Positions 1-9,736 of a DNA stretch of 64,000 nt are shown one piece after another. Below the pieces are notes generated by a model. The model did no database searches and had not been told where the DNA came from. It worked only from the letters and a program-made list of their open reading frames with translations. Location: NCBI GenBank assembly GCA_037479045.1, contig JBBFLL010000006.1, positions 35,832 to 99,831 of the forward strand. Direction: 5' to 3'. The stretch's first letter is position 1, and each line of letters begins with the position of its first letter. A program made the position numbers and the translations under genes. The stretch is from Brevinematales bacterium (GTDB lineage: Bacteria > Spirochaetota > Brevinematia > Brevinematales > JAOACQ01).

Positions 1-1
1 C

Positions 2-160
2 AATGCTTATGGATTTACAAATAATGGCAACTGGTGTGAAGTAACAATTCCTTTGAGTTATTTAATACCAAACAGTAGTGATTTGACAGATGTAAGAGGA
101 ATTCACTTTGAAAACAAACCTTCAAACATTGACTTATGGTATATATATCTTGCAAAATAA
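2..160 (+). CDS. 3' end of an upstream gene (partial, unknown protein)
   Basis: An open frame enters from the window edge (..NGNWCEVTIPLSYL..IHFENKPSNIDLWYIYLAK) and ends at TAA 158-160. A hairpin terminator follows directly. 52 aa is too short to assign a family. Confidence 0.35.
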   Translation, partial: NAYGFTNNGNWCEVTIPLSYLIPNSSDLTDVRGIHFENKPSNIDLWYIYLAK

Positions 161-192
161 AAAATCGGTGGGTTAGCCCACCGATTTTTTAT
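159..192. terminator. bidirectional intrinsic terminator hairpin between convergent genes
   Basis: The stem atcggtggg (164-172) pairs with cccaccgat (177-185) around a 4-nt loop. An A-run lies on the left and a T-run on the right. The cmk stop codon lies in the loop. Confidence 0.7.
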
Positions 193-826
193 TTATAACA
201 TTCAAAATTTTTCCCATTACTTCCTCTATAGAAAGTCCTGTTGTATCTATAATATATGCTCCATCAGGAACTTTAAGCGGGGAAATTTCCCTTGATTTAT
301 CAAGTTTATCTCTTCTTTCTATTTCATTCTTTATCTCATTAAAATCAACATTCAACCCCTTTTCTTTTAATTCTTTAAATCTTCTGTTTGCCCTTTCTTC
401 AACTGAAGCATCAAGGTAGAATTTGTAGGTGGCAAAAGGAAAGACAACACTTCCCGTATCACGCCCTTCAACCACACAATCAGTATCATTCGCAATCTCT
501 CTTTGAAGATGAACCATTTTTTCACGAACAACTTTTATAGCAGAAACAAGTGAAACAAATTTTTCTACCTCTGGCATTCTTGTTTCAACAGAAACATCTC
601 TATTATTAAGAAATATTCTTTCACTCTGAAAATTAATCTTTATATTTTTTAAACTCTCAGAAACTAAAGCCTCATTATTAAGATCGATTTTATTTTGAAG
701 CAAAAAAAAGGTTACAGCTCTATACATAGCCCCAGTATTTAAAAAATGAATGGAAAGACGCTCTGAAAGCATTTTTGCAATTGTGCTTTTACCACTACCA
801 GCAGGTCCATCTATAGTAATTATCAT
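173..826 (-). CDS. cmk: cytidylate kinase
   Basis: N-terminal P-loop IDGPAGSGKST, length ~217 aa, overall Cmk-like sequence. Its ATGA overlaps the stop of the upstream gene. Confidence 0.9.
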   Translation of the reverse strand: MIITIDGPAGSGKSTIAKMLSERLSIHFLNTGAMYRAVTFFLLQNKIDLNNEALVSESLKNIKINFQSERIFLNNRDVSVETRMPEVEKFVSLVSAIKVVREKMVHLQREIANDTDCVVEGRDTGSVVFPFATYKFYLDASVEERANRRFKELKEKGLNVDFNEIKNEIERRDKLDKSREISPLKVPDGAYIIDTTGLSIEEVMGKILNVINKKSVG

Positions 827-1668
827 AACTTTTCTCTGAATTCTTTACCCTTTTTGAGATACTCTATTAAATCTTTCTTTTTCCCATTTCTGATTATATG
901 AATAATAGTATCAATCTCTCTCGAAAAATCAACCAGACATCTTTCAATATTGTCAGCATTGAGTAGTATAATATCAGCCCACATTTCTGGATTACCCTGT
1001 GCAATCCTTGTAGTATCAAGAAGACCTTTACCATATAAACCAAAGAATCTTACATCAGCCCATCCGTCCTTCTCAAGATAATTACAAATCGCAGAAGCCA
1101 TAATGTGAGGAAAATGACTTGTAATAGCAACAATTTCATCATGAAAATCAGCCGAAATTAACACAATCTGGGAACCCAAAATTTTCCAGAAATCTCTCAC
1201 TTCTGGAAGTATGTCCTGAGAAGTTTCTGTAAGAATTCCAACAATTTTTTTGTCAAAAAGATCAGCTCTAGCAAATTCAATACCAGACTTTTCACTTCCA
1301 GTCATTGGATGTGCACCAACAAAATAAAGGTTTCTATTGTTTACTTTGTTGATTTCATTTATCACAGAACGCTTAACACTTCCAACATCCATTACAATAA
1401 CATCGTCTTTAAGAAAAGGCATATATGAAGCAAAAACACTGTGAACCGTATCAACTGGCGTACATATTATAAAATAATCAAGTTCAGGGACGAGTGGTGA
1501 ATTTTCATCACCATAAGCATCTATTATACCAAGATTTTTTGCATTTTCCAGTTTATCAACACTTCTACCAAACCCATAAACCTTAGAGTCTGGAATAAAC
1601 TTTTTAATAGCAAGTGCAAGCGATCCACCTATAAGCCCAAGACCGTAAATTCCATAAGTTTTTGACAT
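823..1668 (-). CDS. tyrA: prephenate dehydrogenase
   Basis: Rossmann motif GLGLIGGSLA and an HPMTGSE motif. I prefer ATG 1668 (MSKTYGIYG..), which is preceded by GGTGGAG, over GTG 1680 from the ORF track. Confidence 0.85.
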   Translation of the reverse strand: MSKTYGIYGLGLIGGSLALAIKKFIPDSKVYGFGRSVDKLENAKNLGIIDAYGDENSPLVPELDYFIICTPVDTVHSVFASYMPFLKDDVIVMDVGSVKRSVINEINKVNNRNLYFVGAHPMTGSEKSGIEFARADLFDKKIVGILTETSQDILPEVRDFWKILGSQIVLISADFHDEIVAITSHFPHIMASAICNYLEKDGWADVRFFGLYGKGLLDTTRIAQGNPEMWADIILLNADNIERCLVDFSREIDTIIHIIRNGKKKDLIEYLKKGKEFREKL

Positions 1669-1680
1669 TAAACACTCCAC

Positions 1681-2703
1681 CTATTTAAGGTTTTTTCCAC
1701 TTCCTACAACGGGAGCTATCTTTCTAATTTCTTCCATCAAAATTGCAAACTTAGAAGGTTTAAGAGATTGTGCTCCATCAGACATAGCCTTTTCAGGCTC
1801 ATGATGAACTTCCACCATTATACCATCACAACCAGCTGCAATACCAGCAAGCGATACAGGAATAACATACTTCCATTTTCCAGATGCATGGCTTGGATCT
1901 ACAATAATTGGCAAATGTGATACTTCTTTAACAACGGAAATTGCAAGAATATCAAGAGTATTTCTCGTAGATGTCTCAAATGTTCTTATTCCTCTTTCAC
2001 AAAGAATAACATTTTTATTCCCTTCAGACATTATGTATTCTGCCGACATAAGCCACTCTTCAATAGTTTGAGCCATACCTCTTTTGAGAATTACAGGTTT
2101 ATTAACCCTACCAACCTCTTTAAGAAGACTAAAATTCTGTGCATTTCTTGTTCCTATTTGCAAAACATCTGCATATTCTGCAACAAGTTTAAGTGAATAA
2201 GTGTCCATAACTTCAGTTACAGTTGGTAAATCAAATGCTTCTCCAGCCTTTCTCAAAAGTTTTAAACCCTCTTCTCCCATACCCTGAAAAGCATATGGAG
2301 ATGTTCTTGGCTTAAATGCCCCTCCTCGTAAAAAATTAGCCCCACTTTTCTTTACTTCCTCAGCAATAGTCATAAGTTGCTTTTCATTTTCTATACTACA
2401 GGGACCTGCTATTATTGCAAGATTTCCTTTTCCTACAAGCGAACCTTTCACATTAATTACTGTAGGTTCTGGATGAAAATCTATACTTGCAAGTTTATAA
2501 GGCTTTGTAACATGAAACATCGACTCAACACATGCAAGACCAGCAATCGGAGAATCTTCAAGTTTTGACTCATCTCCTATAACTCCAATAACCGTCTGAA
2601 ATTCTCCAACTGAAACATTGGTTCTTAAACCAATTTTCTGTATCATATCAACAATATGATCAATCTCTTCCTTTGTTGCTGTAGGTTTTAAAACTATAAT
2701 CAT
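1681..2703 (-). CDS. aroF: 3-deoxy-7-phosphoheptulonate (DAHP) synthase, type I-beta with an N-terminal ferredoxin-like regulatory domain
   Basis: 340 aa. The N-terminus [18 protein letters not shown].. resembles the regulatory domain of Thermotoga-type DAHPS. KDO8PS/DAHPS barrel motifs are present ([19 protein letters not shown]). It lies next to tyrA. Confidence 0.85.
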   Translation of the reverse strand: MIIVLKPTATKEEIDHIVDMIQKIGLRTNVSVGEFQTVIGVIGDESKLEDSPIAGLACVESMFHVTKPYKLASIDFHPEPTVINVKGSLVGKGNLAIIAGPCSIENEKQLMTIAEEVKKSGANFLRGGAFKPRTSPYAFQGMGEEGLKLLRKAGEAFDLPTVTEVMDTYSLKLVAEYADVLQIGTRNAQNFSLLKEVGRVNKPVILKRGMAQTIEEWLMSAEYIMSEGNKNVILCERGIRTFETSTRNTLDILAISVVKEVSHLPIIVDPSHASGKWKYVIPVSLAGIAAGCDGIMVEVHHEPEKAMSDGAQSLKPSKFAILMEEIRKIAPVVGSGKNLK

Positions 2704-2767
2704 AAATCTTCTCCATTAAAAATTAGTATTTTAAATTTTAAAGTAAATACAAAAAAAAGTAAAAAAA

Positions 2768-4558
2768 TTAGTATGTCAAACCAAAACCAAAAGGAAATAG
2801 AGGTTTATATTCTTTATCTCCAACATTAATAGGCAACTGCTCATCACTTTCTGGCCACGAAAATGGCAACTTTCCAGTTGGTTTATAATCACCAAATATA
2901 ACGTCTGTTATTCCTTCTCCCTCTGTTCCGGGAAGCCATGCAACAAGTATTGCATCAGCCATATCTTTAAAATCGGCTATCACAAGAGGTCTACCTGTTA
3001 TAAGAACAAGTATCTTTTTTGTTTTGACATCATTAAGTTTTTCAACTATTGAAGCATCAGAAAAATCCATTGTCGGGATTGTTCTATCACCCATAAATTC
3101 TGCATATGGAGATTCTCCAACAACTACTATTACAGCATCAGGTAATCTCTTTGTCTCTTTTGATATTTTATTTCCCTGAACATCATAGGTGATTTTTGTA
3201 TTCTTATCCACCGATTTTTTAATAGCTTCAAGAATTGTAGTGCCGGGAATGAAATTACCTCTTTTACCCTGCCAGCTTATTGTCCATCCTCCACATTGAC
3301 TTCCAATATCATCTGCTTTAGGCCCAACAACAACTATTTCTTTCAGATTCTTGGATAGAGGTAGTGTATTTTCATTCTTCAACATAACTATACTCTTTCT
3401 TACAGCCTCTCTTGCCAATTTTTTATGTTCTTCAGAACCAACAGAATCAATAAGGCTCCTTTCAGCAAAAGGTTTCTCAAAAAGCCCCATCTCCATTTTA
3501 ACAGTCAAAATTCTTCTTACAGCATCGTTAATTCTTTCGATCTTAATTTGCTTTGTCTCCACAAGTTTTTTTAATGTATTAATGAATAGTACATAATTAT
3601 CAGGTACCATAACCATATCAATCCCTGCATTTATTGATTCTCTTACCTGATCTTCATAGGTACCGGAAAGTTGTTCTATAGCCTTCCAGTCAGAAACCAC
3701 AAAACCTTTAAACTTAAGTTCTTTCTTCAAAACATCAGTAAGCAAATATTTATTGGCATGCATTTTGACTCCATTAACACTTGAAAAAGATGCCATTATA
3801 GTTTTAACATTGTTTGAAATTGCAAAGAGATATGGTGTAAGATAGAGTCTTCTTAATTCCTTTTCATCCTTTACTAAAGTATCACCCTGATCTACAAGAC
3901 CTTTCATACCAGTTCCAAAAGCTGTTCCACCATCTCCAAGATAATGCTTTGCACAGGCAATTATTCCACCTTTCTGAAATCCCCTGATCTGTGAAGCACC
4001 AAGAATAGAAACCAAAATCGGCTCCTCAGAAAAACTTTCATATGCCCTACCCCATCTTTCATCTCTTGAGACGGCAACACAGGGAGCAAAAGTCCAGTAA
4101 GCACCTACTGCCTTACACTCCTTTGCTGTAATTTCTGCAATTTTTTCTATAAGTCCCACATCATTTGCCGCACCAATACCAACATTATGAGGAAAGATTG
4201 TTGCACCATATACTTTTTGATTTCCATGAACAGCGTCAATTCCATATAACAAAGGAATTTTAAGTCTTGTCTTAAGAGCATAAGTTTGAAGTTTATCTAT
4301 ATAATCTGCCCAATCTTTTGCCTTTGTCATTGATTCATTATTGTTTGGGTATGAATTTCCTCCACTCAAAACAGAACCAATAAAATATTTTGTAATGTCT
4401 TCATAATCTTTAAGATATGAGCTATCCACTTGTGTCATCTGCCCAATCTTTTCTTCAAGAGTCATTTGAGAAAGAATTTTTTCAACTCTCTCTGAAATAT
4501 TTTGAGAGTAAAGGTTAATTACAAAAAGTATCAAAATAGTTTTCAAAATATGCTTCAT
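2768..4558 (-). CDS. bglX: secreted glycoside hydrolase family 3 beta-glucosidase
   Basis: Signal peptide MKHILKTILILFVINLYS. GH3 motifs are present, including the nucleophile context GFVVSDW. Length is 596 aa. Confidence 0.85.
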   Translation of the reverse strand: MKHILKTILILFVINLYSQNISERVEKILSQMTLEEKIGQMTQVDSSYLKDYEDITKYFIGSVLSGGNSYPNNNESMTKAKDWADYIDKLQTYALKTRLKIPLLYGIDAVHGNQKVYGATIFPHNVGIGAANDVGLIEKIAEITAKECKAVGAYWTFAPCVAVSRDERWGRAYESFSEEPILVSILGASQIRGFQKGGIIACAKHYLGDGGTAFGTGMKGLVDQGDTLVKDEKELRRLYLTPYLFAISNNVKTIMASFSSVNGVKMHANKYLLTDVLKKELKFKGFVVSDWKAIEQLSGTYEDQVRESINAGIDMVMVPDNYVLFINTLKKLVETKQIKIERINDAVRRILTVKMEMGLFEKPFAERSLIDSVGSEEHKKLAREAVRKSIVMLKNENTLPLSKNLKEIVVVGPKADDIGSQCGGWTISWQGKRGNFIPGTTILEAIKKSVDKNTKITYDVQGNKISKETKRLPDAVIVVVGESPYAEFMGDRTIPTMDFSDASIVEKLNDVKTKKILVLITGRPLVIADFKDMADAILVAWLPGTEGEGITDVIFGDYKPTGKLPFSWPESDEQLPINVGDKEYKPLFPFGFGLTY

Positions 4559-4745
4559 AGGTAAGCCTCCTGTAATATTATCTCATATATTAATTTTTTT
4601 TTCAAAATTTATTAAGTTAAAATATTTTGGATTGGTTTGATTAAGATTCATTTTGAGCTTAGAAAAAATCCTGCAAAATTCTATGAAAAACAAAGGATTT
4701 TGAAAAAAAGTTAATTTTATAATATAATATAAGCTGGAGTATAAA

Positions 4746-5585
4746 ATGGAAGTCATAATTTCAGAAGAAATAGGTTTCTGTAGCGGTGTCAGACTTGCCT
4801 TAAAAAAATTAGATGAATTAACAGAAAAAGAAAAAAACACAAAAATCTATTCCATTGGAGAAATAATTCACAATAAAGACGTAGTAGAACATTATAAAAA
4901 TAAAGGGGTTATTATTACAGAAAAAATAGAAGAAACAAAAGATGGAATTGGAGTTGTTCGTGCTCATGGTTTACCTCTTAGCATGGTTAACAAAGCAAAA
5001 GAAGAAGGGTATAAAATCATAGATGCAACCTGTCCCTTTGTAAGAAAAATCTCCTCAATAATAGAAGAAGAAATAAAAAGAGGCTTTAAGATTTTCCTGA
5101 TAGGTGAAAAAGACCACCCAGAAGTTATAGCTTCATCGTATGATTATAGAGATCAAGTTACCATAATAGATTATACAAATTTCAATCCAGAGGAGTTCAA
5201 TTGTAAATTTAACAAATGTGCTATAATTTCTCAAACAACTCTTGAAGAAGAAATTTTCATAGAAATAGCAAAGTATTTTCTATCTCATTGTTATGAAACA
5301 CATATCTATAATACAATCTGTCCAGCAACAAAAAGAAGACAAAAATCAGCAATAGACGTCGCAAAAAATGTTGATCTTATGATTGTTTTAGGTGGTAAAA
5401 AAAGCTCAAATACAAAAAGACTTTATGAAAAATGTAGCAGAATCAAAAAAACCTTACATCTTGAAAGAATAACAGAAATTGATCCAGAGGTATTAAAAGG
5501 TGTAAAAAAAGTTGGCATAACAGCTGGAACATCAACCCCAGATTGGATAATAGAAGAGGCTATAGAATTTTTGAAAAAATATTAA
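4746..5585 (+). CDS. ispH: 4-hydroxy-3-methylbut-2-enyl diphosphate reductase
   Basis: The three Fe-S cysteine contexts are present (GFCSGV, ATCPFV, NTICPAT). RBS GGAG lies upstream. Length is 279 aa. Confidence 0.9.
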   Translation: MEVIISEEIGFCSGVRLALKKLDELTEKEKNTKIYSIGEIIHNKDVVEHYKNKGVIITEKIEETKDGIGVVRAHGLPLSMVNKAKEEGYKIIDATCPFVRKISSIIEEEIKRGFKIFLIGEKDHPEVIASSYDYRDQVTIIDYTNFNPEEFNCKFNKCAIISQTTLEEEIFIEIAKYFLSHCYETHIYNTICPATKRRQKSAIDVAKNVDLMIVLGGKKSSNTKRLYEKCSRIKKTLHLERITEIDPEVLKGVKKVGITAGTSTPDWIIEEAIEFLKKY

Positions 5586-6237
5586 AAAAGAAAAAATACC
5601 AGCCAATCATAATAAAGTTATAAAAAAAATCCTCAAGTGGTATATTTATTATTCTTAAACCTATTATATGATTTTTGTTATACTTTACAACAGGCAAAGT
5701 TGTAAGAATTCCATTAAACACAAGAAAAGGAACGTAAGATATTAACATAGCAAAAATGAATTTCTTATAAAAAAAAATTTCAGCAATAACAAAAAGAAAA
5801 GTTGAAATACCAGTAAGCATAAAAACAACAAATGTATAGATTTTCTTCCTCAAAAAAATCCCAGCAATAATGAAACATACAGAAATAAAAATAAATAAAT
5901 ATTTTAATAAAATAGTTTCAAAAACACTATCTTTAAAAAATATTTCCATAATACTGAAAATGAAAATACAACCAAAAGGAGCAGTAATAAAAAATATAAT
6001 CTCTTCCACAGGAAGATTAAAAATCCTTAATTTCATAACGTGCTTTTCATTAAATTCCCACACATCTTTAGTAGTGAAAAAAGAATCCCAGATTATAAAA
6101 AAAATCCCTACGACAAAAAAACTGATAAAAAATGCAACTATGTCCTTGAAAAAAAATCTAAAAAAAACAATAGCTGACAAAAAAGGAAAGAAAAAAATAA
6201 AAAAGTTTATCCACATATAAGTGGAAATTTTTCTCAC
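5560..6237 (-). CDS. fused (CrtYc/CrtYd-type) lycopene cyclase domain membrane protein
   Basis: 225-aa polytopic membrane protein with two copies of the hPhEE signature (NLPVEEIIFF and NIPLEDFFY). Its GTG start overlaps the stop of the polyprenyl synthase. It sits in the crt cluster. Confidence 0.7.
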   Translation of the reverse strand: MRKISTYMWINFFIFFFPFLSAIVFFRFFFKDIVAFFISFFVVGIFFIIWDSFFTTKDVWEFNEKHVMKLRIFNLPVEEIIFFITAPFGCIFIFSIMEIFFKDSVFETILLKYLFIFISVCFIIAGIFLRKKIYTFVVFMLTGISTFLFVIAEIFFYKKFIFAMLISYVPFLVFNGILTTLPVVKYNKNHIIGLRIINIPLEDFFYNFIMIGWYFFFFNIFSKIL

Positions 6238-7292
6238 TAAAAACTCCTCGATAAGTTATAATCAAGAAATTCAAAAAGGCCTTTCTTATATTCATCTTTA
6301 ATATTGAGAGACTTTATTCCCTCAGTTATAAAATTACTGAAAAGAAGTAATTTTTCATTAATCTTTTCCTGAATTTTATACTTTTTTATCAAATTTCTTA
6401 TAGTTTCAACATCGTCAATCTCAACATTATCCTTTGAATATATCTCCATCATTGTTTTCATATCTTTTTGATCTGCAAGCTCCTTAAGATAATAATAGTA
6501 AAATGTTTTTTTCTTCTCTTTTATATCACTTCCGATTGGCTTGCCAATTTTTTCAGAACTACCAAACATCCCGAGTTCATCGTCTTTAATCTGAAAAACT
6601 ATACCAAAATTCTCCCCCAGTGCCTCAAGTTTTCTCACTTCTTCATTTGATTCACCAGCCAGTATAGCACCAGCCATAAAAGGTAAAGAAAACGTATATC
6701 TTGAGGTCTTATAAAGATAAATTGAGATTATTCTATCCTCATTTAACTCTTTATCAGTTGTAGAATAATAAACATCCTCCATCTGACCAAGTCCTACATA
6801 TATCATTTCTTTTGAAAAAAGTTCAATAATTTTTAAAAGAATATTTTTGTCAATATCAATCTTTGAAAGATTATCAAATCCAAGAAAATACGATATATCA
6901 CCTGCACATATTCCCATTGATTCACCAAAGTGATAAGAGTCATCTGTTAAGCCATCAAATATTTCCTTGTATTGATAAAAAATAGTTTTATTCTGCCTTC
7001 TTAAAGTATCTTTATCCATTATATCATCATGTATTAATAGTCCAGCCTGAAAAAGCTCACAACTTAAAGCCACATCAACTGCAGCAGAAGAAAATTTTTG
7101 ATTATACATTTCTTCAGTAAACAACACAAGTCCACCACGTATAAATTTGCCAGAAAGCATGAAATTTTTAAGTTTATTAACTACATCTTCTCCCCATCTA
7201 TTTATATTTTTCAATTTCTTTTCAAATTCACTAAATCTATCAATAATTCTTTCGCTAATAATGTTTTTATAATCTTTGAGCTTTTCAATCAT
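6237..7292 (-). CDS. polyprenyl diphosphate synthase (GGPP synthase-like, CrtE-like)
   Basis: First and second aspartate-rich motifs LIHDDIMDKD and IKDDELG. Length is 351 aa. It lies between crtB and the cyclase. Confidence 0.8.
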   Translation of the reverse strand: MIEKLKDYKNIISERIIDRFSEFEKKLKNINRWGEDVVNKLKNFMLSGKFIRGGLVLFTEEMYNQKFSSAAVDVALSCELFQAGLLIHDDIMDKDTLRRQNKTIFYQYKEIFDGLTDDSYHFGESMGICAGDISYFLGFDNLSKIDIDKNILLKIIELFSKEMIYVGLGQMEDVYYSTTDKELNEDRIISIYLYKTSRYTFSLPFMAGAILAGESNEEVRKLEALGENFGIVFQIKDDELGMFGSSEKIGKPIGSDIKEKKKTFYYYYLKELADQKDMKTMMEIYSKDNVEIDDVETIRNLIKKYKIQEKINEKLLLFSNFITEGIKSLNIKDEYKKGLFEFLDYNLSRSF

Positions 7293-7352
7293 ATCAAACC
7301 TCTACTTAAAAAATTCTCTAAAATTTTTAAAACTATCCTTATCTTTGAAGGT

Positions 7353-8126
7353 TTAACTTTTTTTTCTATACACTATAAATGGATCTTTGTAAATCTTTTT
7401 TGCTGTCCATTTATACATATCTGAGGCAGTCTTAATCGGAATAAGCATACGAAAAGGAATAAATTTAAAGCCTTGCTCTGCCTCTCTAAGCCATTTATAG
7501 TAAAGTTCAATTTGACCCCTTATAAAACTTATAAACTCCTCTCTTTTATTTCTGGTTTCATTATAAAATAGATTTGTTAATCCATTGTTAAGAGGCAAAT
7601 ATCTCCTACCAAGTTTGTTATCTTCATCAATATCTCTTATAAAGTTGATATATTGCATAGACCTACCAAGCATACCAGCATAATATAACGATTCATCAGG
7701 CAAAGCAAGAATTTTTGCCATAAAGAAACCAATAACTTCTGCAGAGCCGTATATGTACTCAAGAGTTTCATTCAGAGTGTCATAATTTTTCTTTACTATA
7801 TCCATTTCCATTGATTTTAAGAATGCTATTGCCCAGTTATTATCAAAATTTCTTTTTTTTGCTACTTCAAGATAGTTATTTATAATCTTATCAGTTGAAT
7901 AACCTTTCTCAAGGGAAGAAAAAAACTTTTCCTTAAAAGAATAAAATTCATTAGCCCTTTGAGGAACAGAATCAACAAAATCATCAGCCGTTCTCACAAA
8001 AGAATAGAGCTTAAAAACATCTTCTCTCACATCAATTGGAAAAAAAAGACTGCTATTGAAATATGTTTTACTTCCTCTTTTAAAAATTTCCCTTGTTTCT
8101 TTATCCATATATTTCCTTAAATTCAT
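7353..8126 (-). CDS. crtB: phytoene (or dehydrosqualene) synthase
   Basis: Squalene/phytoene synthase motifs YSFVRTADDFVD and INFIRDIDEDNKLGRRYLP. ATG 8108 is an alternative start. Either start overlaps the end of crtI. Confidence 0.8.
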   Translation of the reverse strand: MNLRKYMDKETREIFKRGSKTYFNSSLFFPIDVREDVFKLYSFVRTADDFVDSVPQRANEFYSFKEKFFSSLEKGYSTDKIINNYLEVAKKRNFDNNWAIAFLKSMEMDIVKKNYDTLNETLEYIYGSAEVIGFFMAKILALPDESLYYAGMLGRSMQYINFIRDIDEDNKLGRRYLPLNNGLTNLFYNETRNKREEFISFIRGQIELYYKWLREAEQGFKFIPFRMLIPIKTASDMYKWTAKKIYKDPFIVYRKKS

Positions 8127-9570
8127 TATAAACGATTTCAGAAGCTATCAAAGTCATAGGCACACCAACCCCAGGATGAGTATAATGCCCTGTATAATAA
8201 AGATTTTTCACTTTTTTTGACTTATGTGGTAGCCTGAATACAGCCGTTTGAAAGAGTGTATGAGCAAGCCCAAGAGCTGTTCCCTTGAAAGCATTATAAT
8301 CATTTGCAAAATCATTAATACTGAAAATTCTCTTATAAATTATATCATCTTTAAAGTTTTCACCAATTATGTTTTCAATATGCTTGATGAGATAGTCAAA
8401 ATAATCCTCTCTTAACACATTTTCATCTTTAATATCACAGGATACAGGCACAAGTATAAATAAATTTTCCTTATCACTTTCAGCAACAGACGGATCAGTA
8501 TAAGATGGACAACTTATGTAAAAACAGGGATTATCGGGATATTTTGGTTCTTCAAAAATTGTCTCAAAATGTTTATTCCAATCTCTTGAAAAGTATAGGT
8601 TATGATGTTTCAAATTTTTAAGTTTTTTATTTACTCCAAGATATATAATAAACATAGAAGGAGCCATAACCCTTTTACCCCAGTATTTTTTATCAAAAGT
8701 TCTGTGAGAATCATCAAGAATTTTTAATTCAGTGTGGGCATAATCAGCAGAAGAAATCACATAATCAGCCTTATAATTTCCTCCATTTGTAATAACTTCT
8801 GAGATTTTATTATTTTCATATTTGAAATTAATTACTTCCTCTCCAGTTATAATTTTTACTCCATTGTCCTTACACAATTTTTCAAGAGCATCTACTATCT
8901 TTCCCATTCCTCCCATTGGATACCATACGCCAAGATTCAAATCAACATGAGATAAAATAGAATATAAAGAAGGTGCATTATAAGGACTATTACCAAGAAA
9001 AACCACTTCATACTCAAGTATTTTTTTTGATTTATGAGAAGTAAAATATTTACTTATAACTTTATCAAGGTTTTTAAATACATCAAGTTTTAAACCTTCT
9101 GTAAGCATCCTGAAATTAAAAAATGAAAAAATATTTTTAAAATCTCTGTAAAGAAAATTCTTCATTGCTATGTCATACTTGTAATTTGCATTTTTGAGAT
9201 AGGATTCTATCTTTTTATCACCATTTTCTTCAAATTGCCTGAAAAGTTCTAAAATTTTTTCTCTATCAGGATAGACATCAACATATCCTTCATTCTCAAA
9301 GAAAATTCTATAATATGGATCAAGTCTCTTAAGCTCATAAAAATCAGAAACTTTTTTATTAAATAAAGAAAAAAATCTTTCAAAAACCTCTGGCATAAGA
9401 TACCATGAAGGGCCCATATCATAAACAAAGCCCATCTCTTTCATCACTCTTGCTCTTCCACCCAAAGAATTATTTTTCTCTATCAAAGTAACATTATGAC
9501 CATCTTTACCAAGTAAAGCCGCTATAGATAAACCCCCAAAACCCCCACCTATAACAACAATTTTACCCAT
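8101..9570 (-). CDS. crtI: phytoene desaturase family FAD oxidoreductase
   Basis: N-terminal dinucleotide fold VVIGGGFGGLSIAALL..IEKNNSLGGRA and a C-terminal CrtI-type motif YYTGHYTHPGVGVPM. Length is 489 aa. Confidence 0.85.
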   Translation of the reverse strand: MGKIVVIGGGFGGLSIAALLGKDGHNVTLIEKNNSLGGRARVMKEMGFVYDMGPSWYLMPEVFERFFSLFNKKVSDFYELKRLDPYYRIFFENEGYVDVYPDREKILELFRQFEENGDKKIESYLKNANYKYDIAMKNFLYRDFKNIFSFFNFRMLTEGLKLDVFKNLDKVISKYFTSHKSKKILEYEVVFLGNSPYNAPSLYSILSHVDLNLGVWYPMGGMGKIVDALEKLCKDNGVKIITGEEVINFKYENNKISEVITNGGNYKADYVISSADYAHTELKILDDSHRTFDKKYWGKRVMAPSMFIIYLGVNKKLKNLKHHNLYFSRDWNKHFETIFEEPKYPDNPCFYISCPSYTDPSVAESDKENLFILVPVSCDIKDENVLREDYFDYLIKHIENIIGENFKDDIIYKRIFSINDFANDYNAFKGTALGLAHTLFQTAVFRLPHKSKKVKNLYYTGHYTHPGVGVPMTLIASEIVYNEFKEIYG

Positions 9571-9736
9571 AATTCCTCCACTTATTTTATTCTATAATAT
9601 TACAAACTAAAAATCAATAAAAAAGTTATAACTTTTTTGACACAAAAAAAAATTGATTGTAAGCTATATAATGTTAATTTAAAACAATAAATAGCATTGA
9701 TTTTTTAATTATTAAAACAAATATGAAGGTTTGTCT

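Noticed and set aside
2377-2568. Short or medium ORFs lying antisense inside long, well-supported genes. Track examples: 2377-2568, 3351-3596, 5870-6220, 10945-11370, 11907-12413, 15584-15925, 37076-37309, 47962-48351, 52597-52947, 58873-59280, 62025-62357.
   Set aside because: They are shadow ORFs on the opposite strand of genes with clear family motifs. They have low-complexity or odd composition, no RBS and no recognisable domains. AT-rich genomes with biased codon use generate many of these.
4700-4728. Additional sigma70-like hexamer pairs: ispH TTGAAA-N17-TATAAT, glgP TTGATT-N17-TAGAAT near 14049-14078, and esterase TTGTAA-N17-TATACT near 30235-30263.
   Set aside because: They are plausible. 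In ~30% G+C DNA, however, such matches arise by chance at high frequency, and for ispH the implied start would clip the RBS. I do not report them as features without transcript data.
4583-4840. 85-aa minus-strand ORF spanning the bglX/ispH divergent intergenic region and the start of ispH.
   Set aside because: It overlaps the ispH start and promoter region. Its sequence is low-complexity (F/N/I/K-rich). It has no RBS.
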